A DNA stretch of 64,000 nucleotides, taken from positions 124,001 to 188,000 of the forward strand of contig RSEE01000019.1 of NCBI GenBank assembly GCA_003971905.1, given 5' to 3'. The notes beneath the pieces were generated by a model. The model saw only the letters and a program-made list of their open reading frames with translations, was not told the DNA's origin and did no database searches. This document shows positions 40,099 through 54,579 of the stretch, piece by piece. Position 1 is the first letter of the stretch. The number at the start of each line of letters is the position of its first letter. Both the position numbers and the translations under genes were made by a program. Source of the DNA: Moniliella sp. 'wahieum'. Lineage: Eukaryota.

Positions 40099-41319
40099 TT
40101 TGGGTGGAGCCTGTCCACGTTCCTCCCCCCCCCCCCCCCTAATGCCCCAGTGCGATCTCCATCTTGGACAGCCAACGACCGGCGCTTGGACCGAGCAGGA
40201 TGGGTCGAGCGGTTGGCTCGTGTCACTGCGGGCGGACACGATGTTGTTTTGAGAGAATGTGATCGCGCGGCTTGTGACGTTCATGGAGCTTGAGCTTGAG
40301 CTTGAGCTCAAGGTTTATCTTGAGGCTTGAGGCCTTGAGGGTTTAGCGTTTAGCTTGAAGCTGGAAGATTTGTAGGTTTAGGTTGTGTGGCAGGGCACTG
40401 TCGTGCTGCTAGGATCTAGGACGTCGGGACGGGATCGTGGACCAACGCGGCGAAGTAAGGAAACTTTTCTTGACACGACAGAGCGTCCATGCATCATGTA
40501 TAGGCAACCAAGCACCCACTCCTCGCCCGGGTCCAAGAATCATGTTCATAGTACTATAGTAGCCCGACCGTGGGCGGTACTATATACAGAGTCCTACATT
40601 CTTGTTTGATCTTACATCTTAGATCTTCCCTCTCCCTCTTGAAGGTCAAGCTTCATGAAGGGTGCATTTACTCCGGGCAGCCGCTATTTTTTGGTGGGGC
40701 AGACCAACAAATGTCAGCGTTCTCTCGCTCTCGGATGGACCTGGGTCGGCTGTCCAAAACGAGACTTAAGAGAGGACTAAGGAACATCAGCCATCCGCAG
40801 CGATCTCTCCTGCTCTGACAAGCGACATCGGATTCGAGCCATATATATTGTTTCTTTCTTTCCCTCAGGGGGGGTCTCCCACTTGTTCCCCCCCCCACCC
40901 ACCCATCCCGCCTCCCACCCTACAGCTTGCAGCCTGAAGCCTAGGTGGGAGCCACCACGCCGCCCACGCCTCAACCTGGGGAGCGCGAGACGGGGTTTGG
41001 GGTCCCTTTCCCCTCTCCCGAGACGAGTCTCATCCCTGGGCCAGGAGATGCAGGGAGGCACTACAAGCCTGGGCGGAGGATGCCAATGAACCAGACGGAG
41101 GAGTGCACGGCACCAAAGTCACTCCTGTGTGGGCCCCCTCGCAAACTTCGAGCTTGGAGCTTAGAGTGGGGAGCTGGGAGCTTGGAACATTGTGCGCGCC
41201 AAGCAACTCCCGCACGAAGAGTACGTGGTCGATCGTGGGTTCCCTAAAACGCGTACGACCCAGCTGCCTAGGAGACTGCGTGGGCCGTGCGAAGCACCGA
41301 CGGGAATGCAAAATCCAAG

Positions 41320-42430
41320 TTAGAGCAGGCCCTTGAGCCCTTTCTTGGGCTTTTTGCCCACCGGTCGAGGAGAGGCAGAGGCGAGCTTGGCAGTTGGTTG
41401 GAGGGTATGCGATGGGGGGTTCGATCCGCGCAGTGTCGGTGTCTGTGTCGGAGCAGCGGGAAGGACCGAGGGCTGCGCGGCGTGTTTAGATTTCGAGGTG
41501 GAGGCCTTCGAAGTGGAGGCCCTCGAAGTGGAGGCCGACGCAGACGTGGACGTGGACGTGTGGTAGCAGGGACAGTGGCAGGGACAATGGCAGTGGCAAT
41601 GGAAGCAACCTGTGTCGAGCTTCGATTCTTACGTCGTCGGGCTTTGCGTGCGTCCCGCGCGGCCTTTTTAGCCTGCTTGAGTTTGGCCGGTCCAGCGGGG
41701 CGACCGAGCGCAGATGTTTGATGCGCACGGGCAAAGCCGGGCCGGCGCGGTCACCTTCGCTCCCTGGCAGGGGAGAAGCCAGTGCCTGGTCCAGCAAAGG
41801 AGACGGACAATGGACCCGGGGCAGTGAGGCGGTGCAAGTAGGATGAGAACAGCTGCTGCTCGTCGCACGCCCAACGCACGCGCTACCACCGGCTCACTCC
41901 CGCGGGGTAAGGGCGCAAGACGAAGGGTGTACCCGGCCGCATGGGCCGCAGCACACGCCAATGGGATGGGCGCGACAAGCGATACAGGCGAAACATCTTG
42001 TTTGCACACCAGCAGCACAGCCTCCCCGTTCAGGGAAGAGGGGTTGTGCGCGTGGGCGGGCCTGGGCTCGGACGTGCGCCCAGGGCGACTTTCTCCTCGA
42101 GGAACTTGAGCACGGCCGTGATGCCTGCCACAAGCGGGGGGCAGGATGGAGGGTGGGACGAAGCTGATGCAGGGTCGAGCGCACCCGTCTGGTCCACCTC
42201 CATTGCTTCTTCTGGGTTAGGACCGGGGGGAGGGCGGCTACGTGGGAAGAAGAGAAGCGCGGCGCCGGCGACGAGGGCAGGGCAGCGAGGGCACATGCGT
42301 GTCGAGCCACGTGGCAACCTGGACGGAGGGCAAACGCATCGGGTGGCCAGTCGATGTTGAAAGGGCTGGAGAGGACGGTGCGCCAGACGGTGCGTGTTGC
42401 GGCGCGTGCGGACGATGGGGCAGCAGCCAT
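41320..42430 (-). CDS. POP3: RNase P/MRP subunit Pop3/Rpp38-like (L7Ae-like)
   Basis: RTVWRTVLSSPFNIDWP, LVAGITAVLKFLE, LLVCKQDVSP..LVAPIP, LAPLPRGSE..VARALGVRRAAAV, basic C-terminal tail. Confidence 0.7.
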
Positions 42431-42642
42431 TGGTCCGCACGCCGAAGGTGGCCTCCCGGCTGGCCAAGCACCCGCAACAAAAATTGGCCTGGGTCTGGCG
42501 CTCGGAATTCGCCCGTTTCACACTGGTTCCGCCCGCCCGCCTGCCCGCCAGACCAGGCCATACCCGATGCCACTTCGCGACGGATCCATTCCATTCAGCC
42601 CTCCCACGAGCCCGTTGAGCGTTCCCCTTCCCCGAACAGCCC

Positions 42643-42713
42643 GAACAGAACAGAACAGAACAAACAGAACAGAACAAACAGAACAGAACAAACAGAACAG
42701 AACAAACAGAACA
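42643..42713. repeat. (GAACA)n/(AAACA) pentanucleotide-type repeat
   Basis: gaacagaacagaacagaacaaacagaacagaac... Confidence 0.9.
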
Positions 42714-43903
42714 GATACACCGTCCCCTGTGTCCGAGCATTGTCCATTTCTCCACACCATACAGGAAAATATTCGCCACGCGTTCCGTCTCTCAGGGCGG
42801 ACTACCCGTAGTGCCCACTGTAGTTGGCGCTTTGTCCCTCTGCCGTGCTGCAGAACTATTGATTTGCCCTTCTTCTTCTAACTACTAGGCACACCATTAA
42901 AAGCGGAGAACGACTTTGGCAAGACCTTCTGGTTCTCGCGTCTTCCTCTCTGTTCATCACGGTCCCACGGAACAGACAGGTTTTATATCGCAGCTGAGAG
43001 TGTTCCCCAACGGAAATGGACATGTACCCCCACGGGTCCACTGCACTGCAGGGTGGCTCAGTGCGAATAGTGGTAATGGATTCACACCTGCCTTGACATC
43101 CCCTCTTCGTCTTCCCAACAACGATCCTTTTTGACGAGCCTTACCAACACCCCCCCCCCCCTCTCTCTCTCTGCCAAAGCGACCGGTTCTGTGCTGTACG
43201 TACGGGACGCAGAGACGGAGCGGTCGTCTGGGCGGACCTAGGCCGGTCTCCTATACAACGCCTGCATGATCGGTTACACACAGGTAGATGTCTGCCACTA
43301 AAAGCAGCCTGTGTCGAGCAGCACTCCCAACAGGGCCCGGCCACCACAACGTAACACAGCACCCCAATCCTTTCTGGGAATCGTGTAATTGACACATTTC
43401 TTTCCTTGTCAACAAGCCTTGACGAGGTCGTAGATGAGCTGTTGGTAAGCAGGCCGTGACGACAAGGAAAGCCTCATCTGCACGGAATGGGGCCAACTTC
43501 AAGACGTTTCAATCGCGCGCGGACAGCATCAAGCTCCGTGGCTCCATACTCAGTACTCAGTGACGGCCAGCTGGGCCATTGGGCTCAAAACGAAAAAAGG
43601 GGAGGGGGAGTACAATGAAAGGAAGGAGGGGACCTAGCAACACTAGGGAAGCTGGGTCACGGTCAACGGTCAACAAACAAGGCGGGATGGTGCGACAGCG
43701 AGAACCGGCCCAGCAAGAATCAGCCAGCCGGGCCCGAAACAAAAAAAAAATGATAAACAGGGGGTTTTGGTAGCGCGAAGCCGGGGCAGTTCGCTATTAC
43801 AGAAGGATGATTGAGTCAACGTGACGCGCGACGCCGTGGGAAAGGGAACACCACACCACCCCGAGTCCACTCTCTCTGGAGAAAGAGAAGGCGATCGAGA
43901 AGC

Positions 43904-45054
<1,151 letters not shown>

Positions 45055-45557
45055 CGGGAGGGGGAGTGGAGGTGGCGGGGGCAGAACGAGCGCAAGGAGG
45101 CAGACGGCGAGGACGGGGAGGAGGCCAGCTTGAGCCTAGGCTTTTGGGGGACGAATCGAGGAGGCTTGGGATGCTGGAGAAGGAGGGCGGACTCACTCAT
45201 TAATCACGCCTCCCGCCGCGCTTCTCGGCCGATGACGTCGGCAGCTCCTGCACAGGGGCAGTGTTCTACGGACCTGTCCTCAGCCAGCGCCCAGCAGCCT
45301 TGATCTCAAATCTCTAATCGCACACGCCGCCGAACGTTTCAACTCCCCCTTCCACGTGGACTGCATGCCGGCGCATTCGGTGCAAGCGACGAGGATGGCC
45401 TCGGATTGGGCGGCAATTTCAAGCCCCATTCCGCCGGACGCAGCCGCCGGCGCATCCCGCATCCCAGCGCCACTCCCGTCGCCCAGCGGTCGAGCAACTC
45501 GGCCGGCGCTCCGCCCCCACCGCCTCCTCTCGGCGTGCTCCTTCGTCTGGCGCTGCG

Positions 45558-48500
45558 ATGGGCAACCCCTCCGACGCGCTTCGTCGCGCCTCGCATGCGT
45601 CCCACGCGTCCCACGCGTCCCACTCGTCCCATGCCAGCAGCGCCCCGCCTCTGCCTCTGCCTCTGCCTCTGCCTCCGCCTCCGCCCCGCCCCCCCGCCTC
45701 CCACCTCGAATCGACCGTCACGCGCCTCCTCATCGCCACCCCTGCTCCTCGACAGTCTCACCAAGTGGTCCAAGCGCGAGTGTGACGATGCATACGTCTC
45801 CGACGTGTTTGTCCGTCTCGTCAACAACCTCAACGCCGCCCGTGTTGCTTTTGGTGCCTACCGCATCTCTCTCGCTGACCTCGACTCGGTCCCTGACGAC
45901 CTGCGCGCCTGTCTTGAGACGTGCCTGTCGGAAGAAGCGAGCGAGGCAAGCTACGAGCGCCATTCTCCCCAAGTGCGCAGCATTGTCGTCCGTCTTCTGG
46001 AAGGCATCAAGCGCAAACAGGCCCTTACAAGCAGCACCTCGTTGCCACCCCGCCAGCCAGCAGTCCTCCCGCTTCCCCGGCCCCTGGACGGGCTGTGGGT
46101 GTGCCTTCTGCGTCTACTGGCCCTGTAGCCACCGACAGGACGACTTCTGGTCGCTCCTATCGTGTCCATGGACCAAACACCCTTCCCACACCCGGTCCCG
46201 GACCCAGTCCCGCCCCTGCTCCCTCAAGCGCCCATACCGACCCGGCCGCCCCACCACCGCCATACCCTTCCCGCTCTCGTTCCGGCTCCGATCATCCTAG
46301 CGCCCATTCCCCCCCCCCCCCCATCCTGCGTATACCCGTCCTTCGTTCCGCTCCACCCCAGCGCCACCGCCTCTGCCGCTTCCAAAGCAGGTACGCAGGA
46401 CGGGGACCAGTGCAATGCCGCCGCTGCCGCAACCCCCCATGTGGGCAGGTACCGGTCAGGCGCTATGCGCCCGTCTCCGCCTCCCCCACCGCCTCCGCCT
46501 CCGCCACTCCCCCACCCCCACCACCTGAGGTAGTACCAGCCCCAGCCCCCCCCCAGCGCTGCCAAGGAACGCCTCTGTTCCCATGCCTTCCCGCCCCGAG
46601 CCGACGCTTGTTGCCACGCCACGCAACCGTCTGTTGACCCGGCCGAGCCATCGATGCGCGCGTTGAAATCGCGCGACATGCTGGAACGAAGGGCATCCAA
46701 ACGGTTTAGTACCTACACGCTCAGCAAGATGGGGCTGTCCAATGCATTAGCCGAACCGGCCGTGCATGTGCATGCTCCCAGTACCCCTTCCCCGCGCTCG
46801 TTCCCCCCGCACGTCGAGGCCGCCCGGCCTGGCCGGCTCGACAAACAAGTACCCGATTTCCCCTTCTCGTCTCCCACTTTCTCCCCTCGTGGAAACAGAT
46901 ACCGCGCCTGCACCCGCGCCCGTGCCTGTACCCCAACCCAGGTGGGCCGAGCCACGATGCCCACTCACCGTCCCGAGCAGTCAACCTCACTTGCCTTGCC
47001 GACCGCTGCCTCTGCCGCCGTCGCTGCGTCCGTGGCTTCCCACCCTGCGATGCCTGTCCCAGAGGAACAGCCAGGAGCCACAAGTGCGGGCGGAGGCGCG
47101 CTGCTCACCCCTGACCCGGCCTCTGCATCTGCTCTGCCTCTGCCTCTGCCTCTGCCTCTGCCTCTGCCTCTGCCTGCCTGCCTCTGCCTCTGCCTCTGCC
47201 TTCAGTCGGAGCGGCCCGGCTACGCAAGGCAAGATGGAGTGTACGTGCAACTGGGCCGACTGACCAAAAAGGCCGTGCTGGACCTATCCTCCGACCCGGT
47301 GCTCACAGTGGCCCGACTGAGAATGGTGTTTGTCGATAAATTTGCCTACTCGCCTGGCCAAACCGACTTCCCACCCATCTACATTCGGTCGCCAGGCGCC
47401 GAGGTGAGTATGAGTTGGAAGAGGTGGCCGATGTGCAACAAGGAACGATCTTGTCGTTGCATGTGGACCGTAAGTACTGGGAAGAAGAATTGTGCCGTAG
47501 GTTCGTGAGTGAGGCGGGAACACTGACTTTTCTCCTCTTATTCTTTCTTCTTCTTTCTTTTGATCTTCTTATCCCCCTTCGTCCTTCGACCTTCGTGCCA
47601 CAATGGCCAGCAATGGACCAGGTCAACAGTTTCTCGATACCCCTCCCTTGGCTCGCTTACGAGAGAACTACGGGAGCTCAAGACGGCGTTCCACCAACGA
47701 TCGGCCCAGCCGCCCTCCACGCCCAGCGTTCCCCTGGAACAATCAAGGCCGTCGTGGCTGAACTGCTGCAAGCGGGGGGAGCGGCAGGATCCCAGTCGCT
47801 TCGGCCAGTTCGCTTGTGGCTCCCACTCCAGCGCCTGCTCGTGATACCGTTCCTGCTCCCAATTTTTCTGCTTCTGCTTCTGCCTCTGCTTCCTCTGCTG
47901 CTACTGGCGAATCAGTGCACCGAACTTGGTCGGATCTAGCCCACATGTTCCTGGTGCTAGTGAAGAGCTTCAGCGGCAATACTGGGCCGTGCAGCAGCTA
48001 CGCAAGGAGATGGCCATCATGAAGCAAGTTCATGATCAGGCCGCAGCGGAGACGGCGCGCATCCTGAGTGGGTTGCGGGACCAGAATGGACGAGTGAAGA
48101 AGCTGTGACGGAGGGCGGGTCGGTCCCGCGCAGCCTGCTGGAAGCGGGCAAAGCACAAGTGGATACTCAGTCGCAGCACGTGTTGACGCTAGTAGAGGAC
48201 TTGCAAGATACGGTGGACGAGTTGCGTGCAGACGTGATCCAGCGGAAGGTGCATCCCAAGCCGCGTTGCTGGCCAAGGTGCGTAAAGATGTGGAGTTGGC
48301 CCGAACGGGGCTGGACCAGCTGGACACGTACCTCAGTACGGTCAAGCCGTCGTGGAAGAAAACGTGGGAGGAAGAGTTGAGTTTGATTTTGGATGAGCAA
48401 AAGTTTTTGCATCACCAAGAAGGTCTGTTGAGCGACCTGCGCAAGGACCACAAGGAAGTGAGTGGGCTCTTTCCCAGATCCAACAAGTGCTGCGTCTTGC

Positions 48501-49080
48501 TTCGCGCGGCGGGGAGGAGGAGGCACCGGTGGGGGGGGAATGGGGCTCGGTGGGCCGCGGCGGATTGCGCACAGTGGCCTATGTCCCGCCTCCGCCAGAC
48601 AAGGAGCACCAAGGATTGTCGACGGTGATGCTGGAAGTGCAAGCACAAGCGGTGGACCATGCGCGGCGTGTGCGTGCGCTGGAGCATGCGGAAAAGGACT
48701 GGGCCCAGGCGCGCACCCAGCTCGCCCAGCGCCCGGGCCGGTTCGCCCAGCAGCTCGCTGGGTTTGTGGGGCAGGGCCAGCTGCGGCAGACGGGCGGGTG
48801 GCAGAGACGGAGCGAGTGCGGCAGCAGCGGGACGAGGCCACGCGGTTGGCCATGTTGTCGGGCGATGCGCATCAGGTGGGCGGGCACCGGTAGGAGGCGG
48901 GCCGGTTGTGAAGCCCAAGCGGCTCATCTGGGGCGGCGTGCCGGGCGAGGGCGAGAGGAGGAGGAGGAGGAGGAAGGGGTGGAGGTGGAGCAGAGCCAGG
49001 TGCCTGAAGCAGTCGGTGCCTGGGCGACTGGGTACATACTACAAGACAAGATTGCCATACTGAAGATCGATGATCGATAA
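45558..49080 (+). CDS. BUD6: actin-interacting protein Bud6/Aip3; intron about 47470-47610; end approximate
   Basis: LESTVTRLLIAT..LLDSLTKW, VSDVFVRL, VPDDLRACLETCLSEEAS, LERRASKRFS, VYVQLGR.TKK, LRMVFVDKFAY, WKKTWEEEL..I.DEQ. Confidence 0.88.
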
Positions 49081-49438
49081 GTGATAGCTCGGCTGACCTG
49101 GGGGAGGACGAGGGTGACCGGTGGTCGATGAGCGATGATAAATATTAAATGATTGATGAATCGATGAGCGAATGGTCCCCCACATGGCGCGGTGCGTGAC
49201 CGGTGACCGGTGGGGCCGGGGACTGAGGGCGGTCTGGGCAGGCGAGGCGAGGGAAGTGGGCGAGTGACGCGTGACGAGTGAGTGATCAGGTGACCATCGA
49301 TCAGTGGCGTGAGTACTGAGTACTGAGTATAGTGCTGGGCGAGGGCGCCATGGCCACGTGCGAGCGCTGTCCCGGCAGTGGGTATATATATATCCAGGCA
49401 GTCATATTCATACCGTCCACGGCCAGCTAGTATACCCG

Positions 49439-52400
49439 ATGCGGCCGACGTCACCATCACCGACAGCCACTCAGGCTTCCGCCCTCAGCTCCAGGCGCGT
49501 GCGCCGGCCGCATCACATCCGCTGGCTCGACCCGCCCCACCACCATCCAGCCACCCGTGCCCGTCTCCTGCCTCCACTCCGCCACCTCCGCCTCGCTGCC
49601 CCCGCCGTGTCGTTGCCCTTGTGCGCCTGCGCTGGCCGTTGCCTTGCTGTTGCCGTGCACGGTCCCCCGCACGATGGCAGGCAACACCTCCAGCACCCCC
49701 GGTGGCGACTCCTTGCCCCCCACCTCTACGCTGGGCCGTCACAGCCGAACGAGCCTCAGCCTCCACCTCAGCCCCAACCCCACCCCCACCCCCACCCCCA
49801 ACCGCAGCCCCAACACCCGCCTCGCGCCTCCTGTCTGAACCCACGCCCCCCGCAGCTCCGATCTGCCCGAGCCCCGCCCCCAGCGCAGCACCTCTTTCTT
49901 CGCCCAGACCCACCCACGTCGCTCCTTTCCCCGTCTCGCAATCCTCCAGCACGGTCCACCTCGTTCGTCAGCCCATGCAAGCCGTGTCCAAAGCCATCGC
50001 CACCACTGCGGCCATTGGCACGGTTCGCCACCTGTGCATTCCCGGCACATGGGGTGGCAACCTTACCGACCTCCTCGACCACGTCCTACCTTCCCTTGCA
50101 ACCCACTTGATCTCCTTGGATCTCAGCCAATGTGCACTGTCCCACTTGCCACAGGCACTGCGGCTCTGTACCTCCTTGGAGGAGTTGGTCTTATCGGGCA
50201 ACCCACTCCGTAACCCCCCCAGCTGGCTTGGTAGTCTCACCAAGCTCCGCAGCCTGACTCTCGACCACGTCGGTTTAACTTCTTTGCCAGACGAATGCGC
50301 ACAGCTCGTGCACTTACCTCGCTCAGCGTGGCCCACAATTCCATGACGCAACCCCCCACTGGCTCTACCGTCTTCCGCACTTGGCCCACCTGCACCTAGA
50401 TGGCAATCCGTTTGCACCCCCCTGGGACGTCACTATCCATCTTCTCCTGTTCTCATATCCCCGCGCCTCGATTTCCTCCAGTACTGATGCGTCCCTATGC
50501 GATTCACCAATGGGGCTTTCGCCGCGCCTTCCCTCATCCTCCACACCCTTCCTCACCTCGGCCTCAACAGTTGCCACGACGTCCACGTCCTACATCCCCC
50601 TCTCGCCCTCCCAGCCTTCAAGGAGGTCAGCCGACAGTCCGATGCATCCCAAGACGCCTACCAAGGCATCCAAAGTCAGTCTCAGATCGCCAAGCAAGAT
50701 GCTCTCGACCCTGAGCATTTCTCCTACCTCTCAAAGCTGGACAGCCAAACTGAAGCGCACGCCCAAGGCTGGATCACGTACTGTATCCAACCCCGTACGA
50801 CCATTGTCCTTCTCCCCCGATGGGCTCGCTCCACTCCCTGTGGCAGGAACGACCTTGTTCCCTAGCTCCTCCCGCAGCCGCGCTGTCTCGGGGCCGGGCC
50901 TCCCGCTCCGACCTGAATCATCTTTTCAGGTCGGTTGAGCGGATCAGTCCCGTCAGCGCGGCACGGCAGTCAAGTAGATCCAAAATCCCCCGAGTCTTCC
51001 TGGCTGCCGTTCCCTTCGCATCCGCTGTTGGGCGACAGAAGGGATCACCAGAATGAGGAGGAGACGGACACATCAGATGGTGTTAAGGCCTTGCAACAGT
51101 ACCTGCAGGACTTGGACGCTCTCCATCCTTTTGTTTTGACTCCGTCTTCGGCCAAATTGAAGACAACCCCCTTGCCCGCCATCCCAAACATGTCCTCGGC
51201 CACGCCCGGAAACGGGATGACACGCCTACTTCATCCGCAAGCTCGGTTGCTACCCCTTCTGCCTCCTCCTTCTCGCCCCTTTCGAAGCATCTGTCCACCC
51301 CGTCCCAATCGACGGCTACGATTCCTAGTCTGGGATCGGGCATAGCAAGCGACAAGGACACCGAGGTCGTTAAGCATGTCGAGCACCTACTTACCACTGC
51401 TCGGGATGACCCCGGGAGGAGGTACAAGGTGCTGGAGGAACTGGTGGGATCAGAAACATATGTCCAAGAACTCCAAGCCTTGGTTGACGTTTATGTGGCC
51501 CCTTGTCGGAGTGTCAAAGAGAAAGCGCCCCTCACTCCAGCCCAGCAGAAAGCGGTGTTTAGCAATGTAGAAGCACTGCTTCTCTTTCACAAGTCCACCT
51601 TCCTCCCAGCGCTGCAGGCGGCCGCCAATCCTATCTTGGCGACTCGGAGCAGATGCTCAAGCAGTGAGGCACAGGATCGATCCTTACTAGCTACTCACCA
51701 GGTTGCTCAGGTGTTTGTTGACCACGCCCCGTTTTCTCCGCATGTACACAACCTACATCAACAATTGCGACCTGGCACAGCAGATCGTGATTGGCTGGGG
51801 TGTGCCGATCCAAGCGAGCACCCCTTCTCCCTTGGGCGGGCGAAAGCGCTCAACGATTCTAGACCCGTCCATGTGGAATCACGTCCATGCGCCACCCGGC
51901 CCGAGTGGCAACGACACCTCGGAGACGCTGCCAGCGCAAGAACGTAAGCGGATCCACAAGTACCTCAAGAAAGCTGCTACGGACCCGCGATCGTCCGCGC
52001 TGGGTTTGGAGAGCTACCTCTTACTACCCGTCCAGCGTATCCCACGCTACCGTTTGATGCTGGAGGATCTGGCACGTTGCATGGCCCATACGTCTCTTCC
52101 ATCCGGTGAAGTGGGTCTGCCAGCTTGGCAGACCCTAGCTTCGGCTTTGGTTTCGGTCTTGACGGTGGCCAAGGGGATGAACGAGGCAAAACGACGAGCT
52201 GAGCAGGAACGACGGTTGTGGGCTTGGCACAACTACTTTCTCCATCATGGGCTGTACCTCCACAGTGTCCGCCTACCCTGGTTCAGCCCCGCCGCAGGCT
52301 GCTCAAAGAAGGCACGGTGACCTTGCAGCGGATTGTGACCGCTAGCGTTGCTCGTCTGCCGTCCGGAGCTACAGATGGTGGCTGGTGCGCTCCGCCGGGC

Positions 52401-52988
52401 ACATCTGACCTGATCCGATCCACAGGTGGACCCGTTGGTGCGGCAGCGCGCGTGCCTGCTGCAGCAAGAGTGGGTCGAAGACCAAAGGGGTATGCTGTTG
52501 CTGTGCAACGATGTGATCCTGCTGCTGCTGGAACAGGAAAAGGCGGGGAGAGTCGGAGCATGCGGAAAAGCTCTCTGCCACAACGCTTTGGGCGTCGCTC
52601 GTCCACGTTGGGAGCGCCTACCTCCGCATCTGTATCTACTCTACCTCTGCATCTGCTTCTGCATCTCCCTCGCATCCCCCACCGTCGTTGAGCCAGCTTC
52701 GGATCCCGCCCGCGTTGGTGGGGGGGAAAGGGGGGTGCGGCTGGGTGGTCAAAGCCTCAATTGACCTCGTTCCTGCTCGTACAGAGTTGGAGGCCGAGCA
52801 GGCCACCGTTACTGGATCGACGGTACGTCTGTGTGCGCCACATGCCATTTACTACCGCCTGCCCCTCGGCCATCGCGGCAATCGAATGGGCCAAGCTCGT
52901 TGGCTCGGCCCAACGGGAGCGGGCTGAGGCGCTGAGGGCGCTGAGGCCTGAGGGCCTGAGTCCGGGAAGCCTGAGGCCTGGGGCCTGA
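49439..52988 (+). CDS. LRR-containing Rho guanine nucleotide exchange factor (LRR-DH-PH-like); start uncertain (alternative ATG near 49674)
   Basis: LRRs (LISLDLSQCALSHLP, LEELVLSGNPL, LHLDGNPF); DH motifs LEELVGSETYVQEL, VFSNVEALL, FLRMYTTYINN, LESYLLLPVQRIPRYRLML, MNEAKR; PH-like RRLLKEG and LLCND. Confidence 0.82.
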
Positions 52989-53823
52989 AGTTCAGCATGA
53001 TGCATGAGGGTTCACACTTTCACAGTTCACATGATGTATGAACGTTGAGCACGTTGAGCCCCGCTTCCCATCCCCCTTCCCCGATGCCCCTCTCTCATTC
53101 TCTATTAGTTTTTTTTTTTTTTTTCGTATTATCTTCGGCGTACCTGCCCCTCCCCTTGTTTTTATCGTCGTTGTCATCACCATCTCTTCGTCGTCTTATT
53201 TCGTTCTCTGTCTTGTTTATGTGTTGGGCTAGTCGTTCCCACATTCAATGTACCATCGTTCAACTGAGTCTTCTCTACTAGTCTCTAATAAGTACAAAGT
53301 AGTCTCAGGTATCTCGCTGGGCAGGTCATTGAACTCGGGACTCAACGTTGATCAGTCGGCCTTGAAGAGCTTGAAGCTTGAAGCTTGAGGTTTGAAGCCC
53401 AGGGTTGGGCGAAGTAGCAGTACTAGTACAAAGTATCCGGAAGGTTTATACACCTCTCAGCCCTTCTGCACAGAACCCACCGCACTGTCCTGCTCGTGCC
53501 CACGTGTCTCGCTCGCTCCCGATGATCGATGATCAGATCGATCGTATACCAATCCCAGCCCGTGGCGGGCTGTGCTGGGCCACTCTACTATAGTTACTTG
53601 GTTCGGTCCGAACCCTTGGTCTCGAGTTGGCTGGTCGCATTGGTCGCATGCATGATATATGATACCCGATACTCGATATCGATAACCTTAGGTCCGTTGA
53701 TGTCACATGTCAGAAAAGATCTCGGATCTAACGTTGCATATATGTATTCGCGGGAAGGAGCTTCTGTGGGGCTTAAATTCATTATTGCGGCGAGCTGTAG
53801 GTACAGAGAGTACTGACTGTGCG

Positions 53824-54026
53824 CTTGAAGCTTGAAGCTTGAAGCTTGAAGCTTGGAGTTTGAACCCATCTGACACCGGTGGCGCTCAGGCTAAGCGCTT
53901 AGCTCCGTCTCTGACACAGGAAAGCACCCGGAACGGGGCAGGGAAATGCGCTGGAGGGTCCAACATCACCAAAATCTATTAATCCCTCATACCAGACTTG
54001 AAGCTTCAAAAGCTTCAAGCTTCAAG
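53824..54026. repeat. (TGAAGCT)4 array and an oppositely oriented (AGCTTCA)n array forming an inverted repeat
   Basis: cttgaagcttgaagctt at 53824 is the reverse complement of aagcttcaagcttcaag ending at 54026. Confidence 0.85.
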
Positions 54027-54579
54027 TCGAGCCGAGCTACTATTGTAACCAAGTCGCGCCCCTTTGGCTAAAGGCCGGGCACGGACATAGGGAAAATAAT
54101 GGGCCTTTGACATCAACGTTCAACAACGCGAGAGAGTGTGGGAGTTGTGGAGGGGGGCGGGTAATACGCACACATATGGTAACGCCATGGCCACAGCTCC
54201 ACCCTGGCTGCAATGGTGTCGAGTGGAGCAACACTGGCCCCGTGCAGCAAGTGAAGGAAGCCCGAGCTGCGGTGCGCGGCTGTGGTGCTCGATAAAAAAA
54301 GGGTGCTACTGTCAGATCAAGTGGTGAATGGAGGATTGGCAAAATCGATAATGGACTGTCTTCTGTGTCCCCTCTGGATCATGCGATGTCGATGGTGTGT
54401 GTACACAGTGTACACACACGTATATATATTTGGGAGGAGAGGCACAGCAGATAGCCCATCAGAACGACTTCTCTTTCCTTCAATAATCCAGCACACTCAC
54501 GTTCCCTTCCAACCTTCTCCTTCTTCCCTTATTCTTCTTCAACCCGGGTCGCTTTTCCTAATCCATACACCAGCGGCAC

